DNA from: Octopus sinensis
Lineage: Eukaryota
DNA: 64,000 nt
NCBI RefSeq assembly: GCF_006345805.1
Contig: NC_042997.1
Span: 128,774,001-128,838,000, forward strand
Direction of reading: 5' to 3'
A program made the translations under genes and the position numbers. This document shows positions 39,786 through 53,462 of this stretch, in pieces. The notes beneath the pieces are model-generated. The model was not told the DNA's origin, did not search any database, and was given only the letters and a program-made list of their open reading frames with translations. Within the stretch, counting starts at the first letter, position 1, and every line of letters starts with the position of its first letter.

Positions 39786-41827
39786 ATTTGTACATGAGGG
39801 ATTGTATATATGTATGTGTACGTATGGATGTGTGTGTTAAATAAATCGGTAACTAACATTTAAGTAATAAAAACTATCCCCATCAGAACCAATAATGAAA
39901 CTAATAAATAGCAGTCTAGGGTGAAAATTTATATTTTAGACATTATACACCAATAGTTAACAATAGTAATCAAAAGAAATCATGAAGGCAAATATTGGTT
40001 CAAAAACATTGTGTGGTATTAATCTTGCAAGACCATAGATCTGCAAGAAATTCAGCTTGTATTTGACAGATCAGTGTCTCTAGAAATCCACACAGGAGTA
40101 TGACTATATATCATCTGTTACTATATTTGGAGGCACTATCAGCTAATCATTTTTTTTTTCTATTTTTGCAATGGAGGCACTTTTCTTCACCAACAAACAT
40201 CAGCTTAGTGAAAATAATTGCTATTGGATATTCATATTCAATAGAATTGGATGCCCTTCCTATCAGCAACCCTCACTTGTTTCCAAGCAAGGTAGTATTT
40301 TCCTATGATTGGGTATGTTTTCACAGAAGATTGGGAACAAATGACACCATGTATGTGATGGGAATACTTACAACTATTAAGTGTTGTAAAGATTTGACTG
40401 CAGAAACATTTGCACACACACACTCACACTATAAGCTTTTTAAATTTCCATCTACCAAATTCACTCACAAAGCTTTGTTAGCCCAGTGTTATTGTGGGAC
40501 TAAACCTCAAACCACATGGATGGGAATCCATGTCAAGTAATGTTAATAGGATTGTTTAGTATTTACAATTACAAGTGTTTTCAATTAATTTGATCTTCAA
40601 CTTTCATCAAGTGTCTTATTCTTGGATATGAACATAGTAACAGATTTGAACTAGAAGTCATTATTATTAAAATATAGATAATACCATTCTAATAAACTAA
40701 GTCACTAATACAGATACCTAGTTCAAATCCAGTTAGGTACAGCATAAAGATCCAAGAATAAAACAAATGATGATGATTGAAGATCAAAATTATCAAAACA
40801 TAGTGTCAATGTAAATATTAATTTGCTACAAGTACAAGGTCACAAATTTAATGTAGGTTGCAGTGTATTGTCAATTAAATTGACCCAGCACTTGACTAAT
40901 TCTGTTTTCTTGACCCCTGAAGGAGGAAAGTCAAACACAGATAATGGAAGAACAAAAAGTTCATCTCCAAAGACAAGGTTAATAGTCAGAAAAATTCTAA
41001 TCATATTAACAATAACTGATCTCAGACATTTAGACATTTAATCAAATAATATTAGTTTGCTGCAAGAGGAAAAAAATATTTTGAACTAAAACTTCATTGA
41101 ATGGTTGCTATAGACTTGTAAACAACAGTTTGAAACTGGTAAAAATAAACTGTGACTCACTGATAGGAAGTTAACCACATATCCTCTACTTGCATGATAA
41201 ATGAATTATCATGTATAGCAAATGTTGTCGTTGTTACTGTTATTGTTGTCATTGTTTAGCCTCTGATAAACCTTCATCAATCAGACCTAGGATCAAAGGA
41301 ATTCCAGTCATGACCATCCAGCCTGTTTAAAGCAATCTTTACCTACTTTATCTAACATGTGTTTTCCTATTTTAATACAGTAAGGCATGGTTTAAGGGAG
41401 ATTTGATTACTATCTCTAGGAGTCAAATGACAATAAAACCAGCAATTCCATCAATGTCTCAACCACATTTAACCGGTGACTTTTGTGTTGCAAATTTAAT
41501 TACAAATATCAAACTACAGTGCTTTTGAGCATTTACCTCAACACCTACATCCACAAATTTCACCCTGAAAAATCTTGTCTCACTCTGCTTCAGTTGCTGA
41601 GTAAATTACAAATGAAACAGGTGAGGATTTGTATTGAGATAAATGCTACTACCAATATTTTTTTTATAGTTTAATGCACAAACAGTGTAATAGATAAGAC
41701 ATTTGTCTTTAAGCAAAAGCCGCTTCATTCTTCAATTGAGTTGTTTACAAATGCTTGCCATTTAATACTACATTTCTTAAAACCTTTGTTAATAACTTGC
41801 TTTATACATATATGAACTAAATGCATT

Positions 41828-41858
<31 letters not shown>

Positions 41859-41886
41859 CTCATTAATTTTACATCTTTTTTCCAAC

Positions 41887-41892
41887 ATATAC

Positions 41893-41925
<33 letters not shown>

Positions 41926-42454
41926 ATATATATATAATATTATTATATATTATATTTATTATATATATATATATATTATATATCTAGATACATGTATATA
42001 CATGTATAGTGTGTATGTATATGTGTGTATATGTATATTATCTATATATATTTATATATATATGTATATATGTATATATAATATATATATTATATATATA
42101 TGTATATATATGTATCTATATATATGTATATATATATATAATGTATATATATGTATATATATATTGTATATATGTATATATATAGATGTATATATATGTT
42201 ATATATATAATGTAATATATGTATATATATAATGTATATATGTTATATATATATGTATATATATGTATATATATATATGTTTATATATGTATATTATATA
42301 TGTATATATATGTATATATATATGTATATATATGTATATAATATATGTATTATATATATAGTATATATATGTATATATATATATATATATGTTATATATA
42401 TATATATGTTATATATATGTATTATATATATATATGTATATATATATATGTATG

Positions 42455-42522
<68 letters not shown>

Positions 42523-42561
42523 ATATATGTATAGGTATATATATGTATATATATATATTGC

Positions 42562-42598
<37 letters not shown>

Positions 42599-43307
42599 AT
42601 ATATATGTATATATATTATATATAGTATGTATATTATATATATATGTTATATATATATGTATATATGTATTTATATATCTATGTTGTATATATATATATA
42701 TATGTTTATGTATAATATATCTGTATGTATGTATATATATATGCTATATATTATTATATGTATGTATATATATCTATAATATATATGTATACTCTGTATA
42801 TATTCTATATGTAGTATATATATATGTATGTATATGTATGTATCTGTATATATATATATATATATATATGTATATGTTCTATATATATATGTTATCTTAT
42901 TATGTAATTTATATCTGTATATATATATATGTTATTTATATATTGTGTATTTATATAGATAATGTATATATATTATGTTGTATGTATGTTATATATAATA
43001 TATATATATAATATATATATATATGTATTATATATATATATATGTATATATTTATATGTATGATATATATCTATATATAATTTTATATATATATATGTTA
43101 TATAATCTATATATCTAGATATTTATTTATATATGTATATATATATATATATATATGTATTATATATAATATATGTATATATATATATATATATATGTAT
43201 GTATATATCTATATATATATAGGTATGTATATATATATATAAGTATATATATATATATATATAATATGTATATATTACTATATGTATATATATATATCTA
43301 TATATAT

Positions 43308-43347
<40 letters not shown>

Positions 43348-43538
43348 GTATATATATATATAATATATATATAGAATATATCTATGTATCTATATATATA
43401 TATATTATATATATATTGTATATATATATATATATGATATGTGTAATATATCTATGATATTTATATATATATATTGTGATATAATATGTATATATATGTT
43501 ATATATATATATATATATGATATATATATATATATATG

Positions 43539-43608
<70 letters not shown>

Positions 43609-43628
43609 TATATGTATTATATATATAG

Positions 43629-43663
<35 letters not shown>

Positions 43664-43845
43664 CTTAGATATATGTATATATATATATATGTAGATTTAT
43701 ATATATATATATAGTATATATATATATAATATATGTATATCTATGATATGTATATATTATATATGTATATTATGATATATATGTATAATATATATATGTA
43801 TATATATATATCTGTATATATATATATATTGTATTATATATATGT

Positions 43846-43887
<42 letters not shown>

Positions 43888-44510
43888 ATATATATATGTG
43901 TATGTATATATATATTGTCTATATATATCTATATGTATATATATATATATGTGTATAATATATAGGTATATATATATTATGTATATATATATATGTATAT
44001 ATATATGGTATATATATATATGTGTTTATAGATATATATGTGTATATATATATATGTATATATATATATGTGTATATATTATATATATATGTATATATAT
44101 ATATATGTATATATATATATGTATATCTATATATGTGTATATATATATATGTATATATATATCTATGTATAAGATATATATATGTATATATATGTTATAT
44201 ATATATATAGTATATATTATATAATATATATATATATGTATATATATATATGATATATATATATATGTAATATATATATATATATTATATATGGATATAT
44301 ATATATGTATATATGTATATATAAGTATATGTAATATATATATGTAGTATATATATATGTATATATGTATATATATATGTATATATATATAGTGATATAT
44401 AGATATGTATATGATATATATGTATATATGTATAATATATATGTATATATGTATATATAATATTTATATGTATATATATATGTATATATGTATAATATAT
44501 ATATATGTAG

Positions 44511-44541
<31 letters not shown>

Positions 44542-44566
44542 GATATATATATTATATAGATCTTAT

Positions 44567-44598
<32 letters not shown>

Positions 44599-44730
44599 AT
44601 ATATATATATATATGATATATATATTATGTATATATATATAATATATAATTATATTATGTATATATATATCTATGTATATATATATTATTATATATAATA
44701 TAAATATTATTAGAGACAAAACCACTCATT

Positions 44731-44767
<37 letters not shown>

Positions 44768-44804
44768 TATATTATATTATATATATATATATAATATATA
44801 TATG

Positions 44805-44835
<31 letters not shown>

Positions 44836-44960
44836 TATATATATATATATATGTATAATATCTATATATATTATATATATATATGTATATATATAATCTA
44901 TATATATGTATATTATATATCTATATATATATAGATATATATATATGTATATAATATATA

Positions 44961-44999
<39 letters not shown>

Positions 45000-45071
45000 G
45001 ATATATCTTATATCTATATATGTATAGGTATATATATATATATGTATTATTATATATATATATATATATAA

Positions 45072-45116
<45 letters not shown>

Positions 45117-45245
45117 GTATATGGTGTTATATGTATGTATATATACATGTATATGTGTTTGGATATGTATGTCTATATATATATAATAATATATATAATA
45201 TATATTATAATAATATATATATTATATATATATATATATATACAC
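41887..45245. repeat. ~3.3-kb imperfect (TA)n/(TATG) microsatellite
   Basis: Almost purely alternating T/A with scattered G/C. It is the source of all Y/I/M-only ORFs here. Confidence 0.97.
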
Positions 45246-45575
45246 ATAGTGAAGGTGTGTGGTCTAGGGTTTAGATGTTGCTTGGTTTCCATTCCTGGAC
45301 TCTGTGATGTATTGCATTCTTAAGCAAAAACACTTCATTTGATTTTGTTCTCCAGCTACTTCAACAATCTGACGTGTGGCATACCATACACTCGTACAGA
45401 CAATTTGATTTGACAGAGGGAGTGAGCATATGTACAACACAGACATTTGATCATTATAAACAAATCATCTGTGTAGGTTGTTCAGCCAGAATTTTCAGAA
45501 CACTCATGTGTCAAGAGAGTCCACTATATATATATATATATATATACACATAAAAATATATATAGAGAGAGAGAA

Positions 45576-45931
45576 ATGACTGTGTGGTAAGAAGCTTGCT
45601 TCCCAACCACATGGTTTCAGTTTCAGTTCCATTGCATGGCACCTTGGGCAAGTATTTTCTACTATAACCTCAGGATGATCAAAGCCTAGTGAATAGATAT
45701 GGTAGACAGAAACTGAAAGAAGCCCGTTGTGTGTGTTTGTGTGTGTGTGTGTTCCCCAGTACCGCTTGACAACTGGTGTTGGTGTGCTTACATCCCTGTA
45801 ACTTGGTGCTTCAGGAAAAGAGAACAGTAGAATAAGTACCAGGCTTAAGATAAATAAGCACTGAGATTGATTCATTTGACTACAAATTCTTCAAGGCATT
45901 GCCACAGTTTAAGGACTGAAACAAGTAAAAG
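45576..45931 (+). mobile_element. Near full-length tRNA-headed SINE (tail type A: GACTGAAACAAGTAAAAG)
   Basis: A-box-like TGACTGTGTGGT, B-box-like GTTTCAGTTCC, CORE-like ACCTTGGGCAAGT, internal (TG)n and tail. Partial copies occur at ~2465, 14430, 21660, 33740, 50385, 50870, 53285, 57350 and 63090. Confidence 0.8.
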
Positions 45932-45949
45932 GCAACAGATGTATATGTA

Positions 45950-45983
<34 letters not shown>

Positions 45984-46167
45984 CTCGCACGCACACACAC
46001 ACATATATTCATTTACTTGAAGGTGAAACTTCTCTCTATCATTGCCTTTGAGTTGTCTTTTCTTTTCTTATTCTTCACTGCGAAAATGAAAATAGGAAAC
46101 TTAGAGCAGCAAATGAAGTAATCTTCAGATTTGAGTAAATGTTTAAACTCTACTTCATATTCTTTAT

Positions 46168-46533
46168 ATTTTTATTTGTTTCAATCATTTGACTGTGGCC
46201 ATGCTGAAGCACTGCCTTCAGTCAAACAAATCAACCCCAGGATTTATTCTTTGTAGGCCTAATACCTATTCTATCAGTCTCTTTTGCCAAACTGCTAAGT
46301 TACAGGTACATAAACACACCAACATCAGTTGTCAAGTGATGGTGGGGAACAAACACAATATATATATTTATACACACACACAACAGGCTTCTTTCAGTTT
46401 CAGTCTACCTAATCCACTCACAAGGCTTTGGTTGGTCCAAGGCTATAGTAGCAGACACTTGGCCAAGGTGCCACACAATGGGACTGAACCCAGAACCATA
46501 TGGTTGGTAATCAAGCTACTTACCACACAGCCA
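46168..46533 (-). mobile_element. Near full-length tRNA-headed SINE, inverted relative to 45576-45931
   Basis: The reverse complement reads TGGCTGTGTGGTAAGTAGCTTG...GGTTCAGTCCC...ACCTTGGCCAAGTGTCT...CACAGTCAAATGATTGAAACAAATAAAA. Confidence 0.8.
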
Positions 46534-46612
46534 GTCCAGCACATATGTTGAGAAATCTTTCATCCCATTTTTCAATTCAAAAAAAAAAATTTTTGAAGAC
46601 ACACAATATAAT

Positions 46613-47050
46613 GTGCCTGTGGCTGAGAAGCTTGACTCCATGTGCAGTCCCTCTGAGTGGCACCTTGAGCAAATGTCTTTTATTATAACTCCTGGTCCAA
46701 CTAAAGCCTTGTGAAAGGAGTTGGTAGATGGAAACTGAAATAAGTTTGTTGTCTATGTATGTGTGTGTATATATATATTTCTGTGTGCTGTGCATAAGTT
46801 GATGTCTCCTTGTCTTTGTACTGCATGATTGTTGTAAATGAATATCACTGTCATACAAACAATGTCTGTCGTTTCTAATCTTCCATGGAAACAAATGCAC
46901 TCATGGGGAAATATTACCTTACTTTGAAGTTGGCGAGAGTTGGCAGCAGGAAGGGCATCCAGCCATAGAAAATCTGCCTCATCAACTTTTGCCTGAATAA
47001 TGTGAATGTGGAAAAGCTAACATTAAATGATGATGATGATGATGATGATG
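46613..47050 (+). mobile_element. tRNA-headed SINE with RTE-like (GAT)n tail (tail type B)
   Basis: Same head and body as 45576, but ends GGAAGGGCATCCAGCCATAGAAA...TTAAATGATGATGAT. Confidence 0.75.
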
Positions 47051-47060
47051 TTATATATAT

Positions 47061-47143
<83 letters not shown>
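47061..47143. repeat. (GATA)n microsatellite
   Basis: Perfect tetranucleotide run of about 20 units. Confidence 0.97.
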
Positions 47144-50100
47144 TACCCAAAGTTTTTCAGGTTATTAACCTAGATGTACAATGTCAGTGTACATGTGCGT
47201 CATAACACTAGTGTATTGAGAGGAAAGTTAGACTTAAGAGAAATTAGATACTGTGTGCAATAGAGAAGACTGCAATGGTTTGTTTATGTAATATGAATGA
47301 ATGGACAATAACATAAAGAAATGCTGGTAACCTAAAGTGGAAGGAACTAAAGTACCATATGAAAAGCACTAGTGCTAGTACCATGTAAAAATCATGCTGG
47401 TGCCACATGAAAAGCACCCAGTACACTCTGTAAAGTGGTTGGCATTAGGAAAGGCATCCAGCCTTAGAAACCATACCTAAACAGACAAAGGAGCCTGTCA
47501 AACCATCCAACACATGCCAGCAAGGAAAATAGATATTAAATGATTGTGATGATGAACCTCATAGTTAGCAGTGAAAGGTTTCAAAATACACATCTACACT
47601 ATATTTTGATCAGTTTGATCTCAATCAAAATAGTGTATCTTGGACATGTACATTTGCAATTTGGGAATTGATATATAATTTGTCTATTCTGGACTTACCC
47701 TAATAATATGTCTATTTGGCCCCCACAATTCCACAATGTTTGCAAGCTTGCATATACCACCATGTAGAGTGTAACAGATGCAGTAAATTTTATTACAGCA
47801 GAGCCATCTGCCATCTATAAATTTGCATAAAAGAATACATGCATACAAACACCTCATTGATTAATCAACACCTCCAAAAAGTGCTGTAACACACAAACAC
47901 AGTCTCCATCAAAGCCAAAGAAGAGAACATCAAGAATCTGAGAATCAAGGAGACCATTCTCATTAAGTAGTTGAAAACCACCCTTAACCAACAGGAAATG
48001 CATGAGGCTAATTAGTTAGTATAATAATAATACCAATCTGCACTTGTTGCAACACTACTCCAACCCAACCCAACCTATCTATGCATGTTGGAAGAATGTT
48101 GCACCCACTTCCATTCTTATAAGAGCTTGGTGTGGCTGAAATATTGAAAGAAATAATGAAAAAGTGTAAAACTTCTTTATATTTTTATTGTACTGTTGTG
48201 GCTTTCTCAGTCAAATTTTACACACACAAACATGTGCTTGTTTACAGAAGATATGAGTTCTTGTCCCACAGACAGCTTTTGATTTTTCCCATCCAAGGGG
48301 TTTTTTGTTTTGTTTTTTGACCAATATATATACTGTTATGTTAATTGTAACTTTATCTACTTTGAGGTCTACTCCAATTTACTCCAAGTCTCTTATGTCA
48401 TAAACAACCCTTATCATATGCATTAAACCTGCCTTTTGTTCCCATCCCCAGCTCCTGCAGACACCCCAACCATGTCGGCTCTCTCTTGTCCTCTCCCTGA
48501 CAACAGTATTATCTTTACAACTCCCATTGCTTACTACCCTACCATTCTCTTCTGCATCCCTCTCTCTCTCCTAACTCATGGATTTTTGTTCGCCCACCCT
48601 TCAACCCTACCCATTTTAGCAGCCTCCATCACTCATTCTCCTCCTTATACCATCTTGCAGACTTATTCTTCAACTTAACCTGTACCTTGTGGGATCATCT
48701 GGGCACCTTATCACATTATTTATTTCTTGCAGCTCCTACAATTCATTTTCTCTTTCTCTCTTTTTCTTCTCAACTAGATGTGAGTAGTCAAGCAAATCCT
48801 CTACAAGAATCTGCAAAGCCCTTTCCCTCTTGTAGTTCACTTCCTTTATCCCCCAGCATGAAGCTGACACCTGCTCAGAGTTTATAGTTCTGTGAGCTAC
48901 ATGGTGACCACTGTTGTCCAAGTTGTACAAGAAAAGTACCCGGTCCACTCTGTAAAATGGTGGGTATTAAGAAGGGAATCCAGCCATAGATACCATGCCA
49001 AACAGACTTTGGAGCATGATGTTGTCCTTGGACACATTGAATCCTGTTAGATCATCCAACCCATGCCAGCATGAAACACAGACATTAAAATGATGATGAT
49101 GATATATGCATGCACACATACACACACACATGTATGCACGTATGTATGAGTATACACACACATATATACTATATATTTCTGTATGTCCATGTGTAGATGT
49201 ATAAAGACAGAAAGGCTAACAGCCAGAAAGACTGATTGATAAGCATTATTTATATTTTTTAAAATTTAAACTGTGCAAATGCATACAAATACACTCCAAC
49301 ATGCACATTCAGTAGGATAGCATACCTGATGATTTAGGACCCATTTCCAGGTTTGTCAAAAAGAACAAAAACAAAAACAAGAACAATCATCACAAGATGC
49401 CATTTTCAATGATTTTATTTGCTTTAATGGTGATTAGAGGATGCGTTTATGTACTCAGTTAGGGACTGCATTAGTAAATGAAGGGAACTGTGTTTTTGAA
49501 AGGACCAAAAGCTGTGATGCTTGCCAGATATTTTAATGCATGCGAATGACTAGATGCTGTCATGTTTGTGAGATATGATAAAACATGACAAAAAGTTCAT
49601 TAGTTCAGCAGAATATAATCTATGTTATTTGCTGATTAACTGCAGCTCTGGCTTAAATGGCGTTGAGCTTTTAATTAGATTAACATGATGACATGGTTGT
49701 AATTACTAAAGGACATGGCATTCATTAGTATATCAATGAGATGGATCCGTGTTCATTTGCTGTTCTTTGACATGCAGCTTTAATTTGCAGCTACGTCTTT
49801 GTTGTGAAATCGTTATTTGTCTATTTTCTTGTTTGGTTTTCCTCACCCTTTGCTTTATTTCATCATCATCATCATCATCCTCACCACCATCATAATCATC
49901 ATCATCATCATCATCATTATTATTATTATTACTATTATTATTATAAAAATGTTTGCTGGAAGAATTTTCTCTGCATTATTTTATGGGAGAGGTCAGGTTT
50001 AATGGCTGCTATACATCTTACAAGATATTTTTCACTGTGGAGATGACATGCAGCTAATGTAATATTTCATTATCACAGGCGAATATTTATATGCAGAAGA

Positions 50101-51299
50101 AAGGACAAGAATAATGAACATAACTTACCTAACTATATTAAAATATAACAATAAGAGATGAAAGTTGACTCGTCTACATTACATTCTAAACAGAATTTTT
50201 TTCCTTTCAGTGAGCTGAATTGTTTTTAATTCAGTTCTCTGGTCAATAAAAAATACTGCAATAACTAGACATTATGACTTTTGTGACTCCATTGCATTTA
50301 GTTTAAATTACATTAATATATATATATATATACCCATGCCAGCATGGAAAGCGGACGTTATACGTTGATATATATAAGTCCAGACATGACTACATGGTTA
50401 AGAAGTTTACCTCACAACCACATGGTTTCTAGTTCAGACCCCCTACACAGCATCTTGGTTAAGTGTCTTTTACAGTAGACTGAGGCAAAACAATGTCTTG
50501 AAGTAAATTTGGTCAATAGAAACCATATGAAGACCATTGTATGTGTGTATCTGCATGTGTGTATTAGTCTTACAATCTGCTTTTTACATGTTGGCATGAG
50601 TTGGGTAAGATTTGTTGAGGCAGGATTCTATGGATAGATTCTCTTCTTGTTTTCAAATAATGTTATTCCCCTGGTGTTTTGAACCACAACCTTGTTCAAC
50701 ACCTGGACATAATTTTAACTGCAGATTTAAGTAGTGACACTGCCACTTTTATGCAGCTCATGTGAAGATAGAACTGGGAAGATGTACGTATTTATGTGCG
50801 TGTGTGTGTGGAGAGAGAGAGGGAGAAATATACCTATGTGGATACACACACATGCAATCGAGTTCCTATACAGTTTTCAGCTATTAAATTTCACTCACAA
50901 GGTATTTGGTCAACATTGTGACTGTGGCAGAATTTTGTCCCAAGATGGTGTATAAGGAGATTCAATTCTTGAATCATGTGGCTGCACTGTGAACTCTTGA
51001 ACCAAGCAACCATACCTGTTGAACATTACAGGAAGGTGAGGATGAAAACATGATGAAGGAGATGTAGGGGAAGTAAGATACAAGATATGTCAGGTGATAT
51101 ATGTATGTAATGTAGTGTGTGTGTGTGTGTGTGTGTGTGCACATGTGCATGAATGCACACTCACTGAGTTGGGTTCCAGTAAGAAATCTGTCTTAATTAA
51201 CAGAGGTAAAGGTTGTGTGTGTATCAGTATATGTCAGTAAGTCAGTGATAAGGGTTTCAGTCCCATTACTGTCAGACAATTTCATACATTTTACAGTAA

Positions 51300-51925
51300 A
51301 CACAATCATTGTACACATTTTATACCATAGAACATGATGCATATTACTAAAACAGACATACACACACTTCAGATTATATGACAAGACATGTTACTGATAC
51401 AATTTACATCACTACAAATGCAGCAATTACACATACATACAGATACATCTCATGCATACATTATATCACATAACAATATTGAAATTATACATACATATAT
51501 CAAATACCCCTGTATACACATCACACATACACATAACACATTCACATATACACACTTTACATTACTCATAGGTGGTAATTACACACACACACACTTACAT
51601 GCCCACATATAATCATACACACACACACACACACACACATGGAAGTTATTACTTAGATACATATGCATTTAACATCACATCAAAAAATAGCATTTGCACT
51701 TTTACATCATACCTGCAAACAACACATATTTCTTTCACACACACATGTACATGTACATATACACACACGCACACACACACTCAATTACACCACAAAATGA
51801 CCACAAAAGATTTGCACTCACTTTACATCTTATAAAAATACCATTGCCTACACACATATGCATATATACCTTTAGTGAACTATTACACACATATACACCC
51901 CCACACACAATTACTTTACATACTC
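51300..51925. repeat. Degenerate (CA)-rich low-complexity tract
   Basis: Direct reading. Confidence 0.8.
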
Positions 51926-52170
51926 CGTTAGATCACAACCGAGACTGCTAGTGTATACTTCTGATATCTTTCCATTGAAATCGCAAGTCATAATCTAATA
52001 TTATTGGTGCCATTCTATTAGAATTTTTGCCCCTTGAAGTGAAGTTCTAGATATGCAGTGCCCAAGAGAAGGATGGGTTTTAATAGTTATGATTGGAAAG
52101 CATTGATCAATCAGCTACTAGGGCAGACTGACCTGGGGGTTAAACAATAATTGGATTAAAAACTGAAAGC

Positions 52171-52822
52171 ATCATCATTATCATTTAACGTCCGCTTTCC
52201 ATGCTAGCATGGGTTGGACAGTTTGACTGAGGACTGGCGAACCAGATGGCTGCACCAGGCTCCAATCTGATCAGGCAGAGTTTCTACAGCTGGGTGCCCT
52301 TCCTAATGCCGACCACTCCGAGAGTGTAGTGGGTGCTTTTACGTGCCACCAGCATGAGGGCCAGTCAGGTGGTACTGACAATGGCCACACTCAAATAGTG
52401 TTTTTTACATGCCACCTGCACAGGAGTCAGTCCAGCAGCACTGGCAACAACCTCACTCGAATATATTTTCCACGTGCCAGTAAAGCGAGGCTGGTAACGA
52501 TCACACTTGAATGGTGCTTTTTACATGCCACCGGCACAGAAGCCAGTCATCTACTCTGGCAACGATCATGCTCGGATGGTGCTCTTAGTGCTCCACTAGC
52601 ACGGATGCCAGTAATGTGGTGCTGTCATCGAATTTGATTTCGATTTCAATTTCACTTGCCTCAACAGGTCTTCACAAGCAGAGTTTAGTGTCCAATGAAG
52701 GAAAGGTACACATAAGTGGGCTGGTTACACCCCTGGCATTGGCCATGAGGACATGGTGTCACTTGGCTTGCTGGGTCTTCTCAAGCACAGCATATTTCCA
52801 AAGGTCTCGGTCACTAGTCATT
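52171..52822 (-). mobile_element. 5'-truncated RTE LINE: ORF end plus long 3'UTR with internal tandem repeats
   Basis: The minus strand starts MTSDRDLWKYAVLEKTQQAK*, has five ~52-66-bp units (GGTGCTTTTTACRTGCCACC core on +), and ends GCATGGAAAGCGGACGTTAAATGATAATGATGAT. CpGs are largely retained, implying a relatively young copy. Confidence 0.8.
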
Positions 52823-53462
52823 GAAATCCTTATTATAACAGATGTACTTTGTGCTTTTCAATAGGTTCTCTTGATTACTCTTATGCCTTTTTTCTTACCT
52901 CTGATGTCTGATTTTATTCAACAAGTAAATCTTTGGTTCACCAAAACCTCGTGAGGGAAATTTGGTTGATAGAAACTGTGTGGAACTCTCCTGTTATCAC
53001 CACTTTGACCTTGGTTGTCTTTAGTGGAGTCCACTTTGTTGTAACTATTTGGATCATGTCTCTGGTCAAAGGAAAACTACTTCTATCAGTCACAAAAGCT
53101 TGCAAGGGGTCATATGTACTTCTCTCTTTGTCTATGCTAATACATGTACGTGTGTGTTTCATATTCACCTTTCAACAGCAATTTGACTATGCTAAACTTA
53201 TAACTCTTTACAAATCATATCAATAAAGTTTTATGTAAGTCTGTAAGTAACTTTACTTAAGATCAGATATAATCTATTTATGAGCTACTCATAAGGCCTT
53301 GGTAGGCCCAAGGACTATAGCAGAAGTCATTTGCCCTAGGTGCAATGCAGTGGCATTGAACCCAACATAGCATGGTTAGGAAGCAAATTTCTTAACACAG
53401 CTATAACTGCACCTACACACACTCATGGCTTGATGTAGAATCTTGTGTGGTTGCTTAATATG

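Noticed and set aside
42002-45323. Numerous Tyr/Ile/Met ORFs
   Set aside because: They are artefacts of the (TA)n satellite.
45576-45650. tRNA gene
   Set aside because: It has A/B-box-like motifs but no cloverleaf, and continues into a multicopy SINE body.
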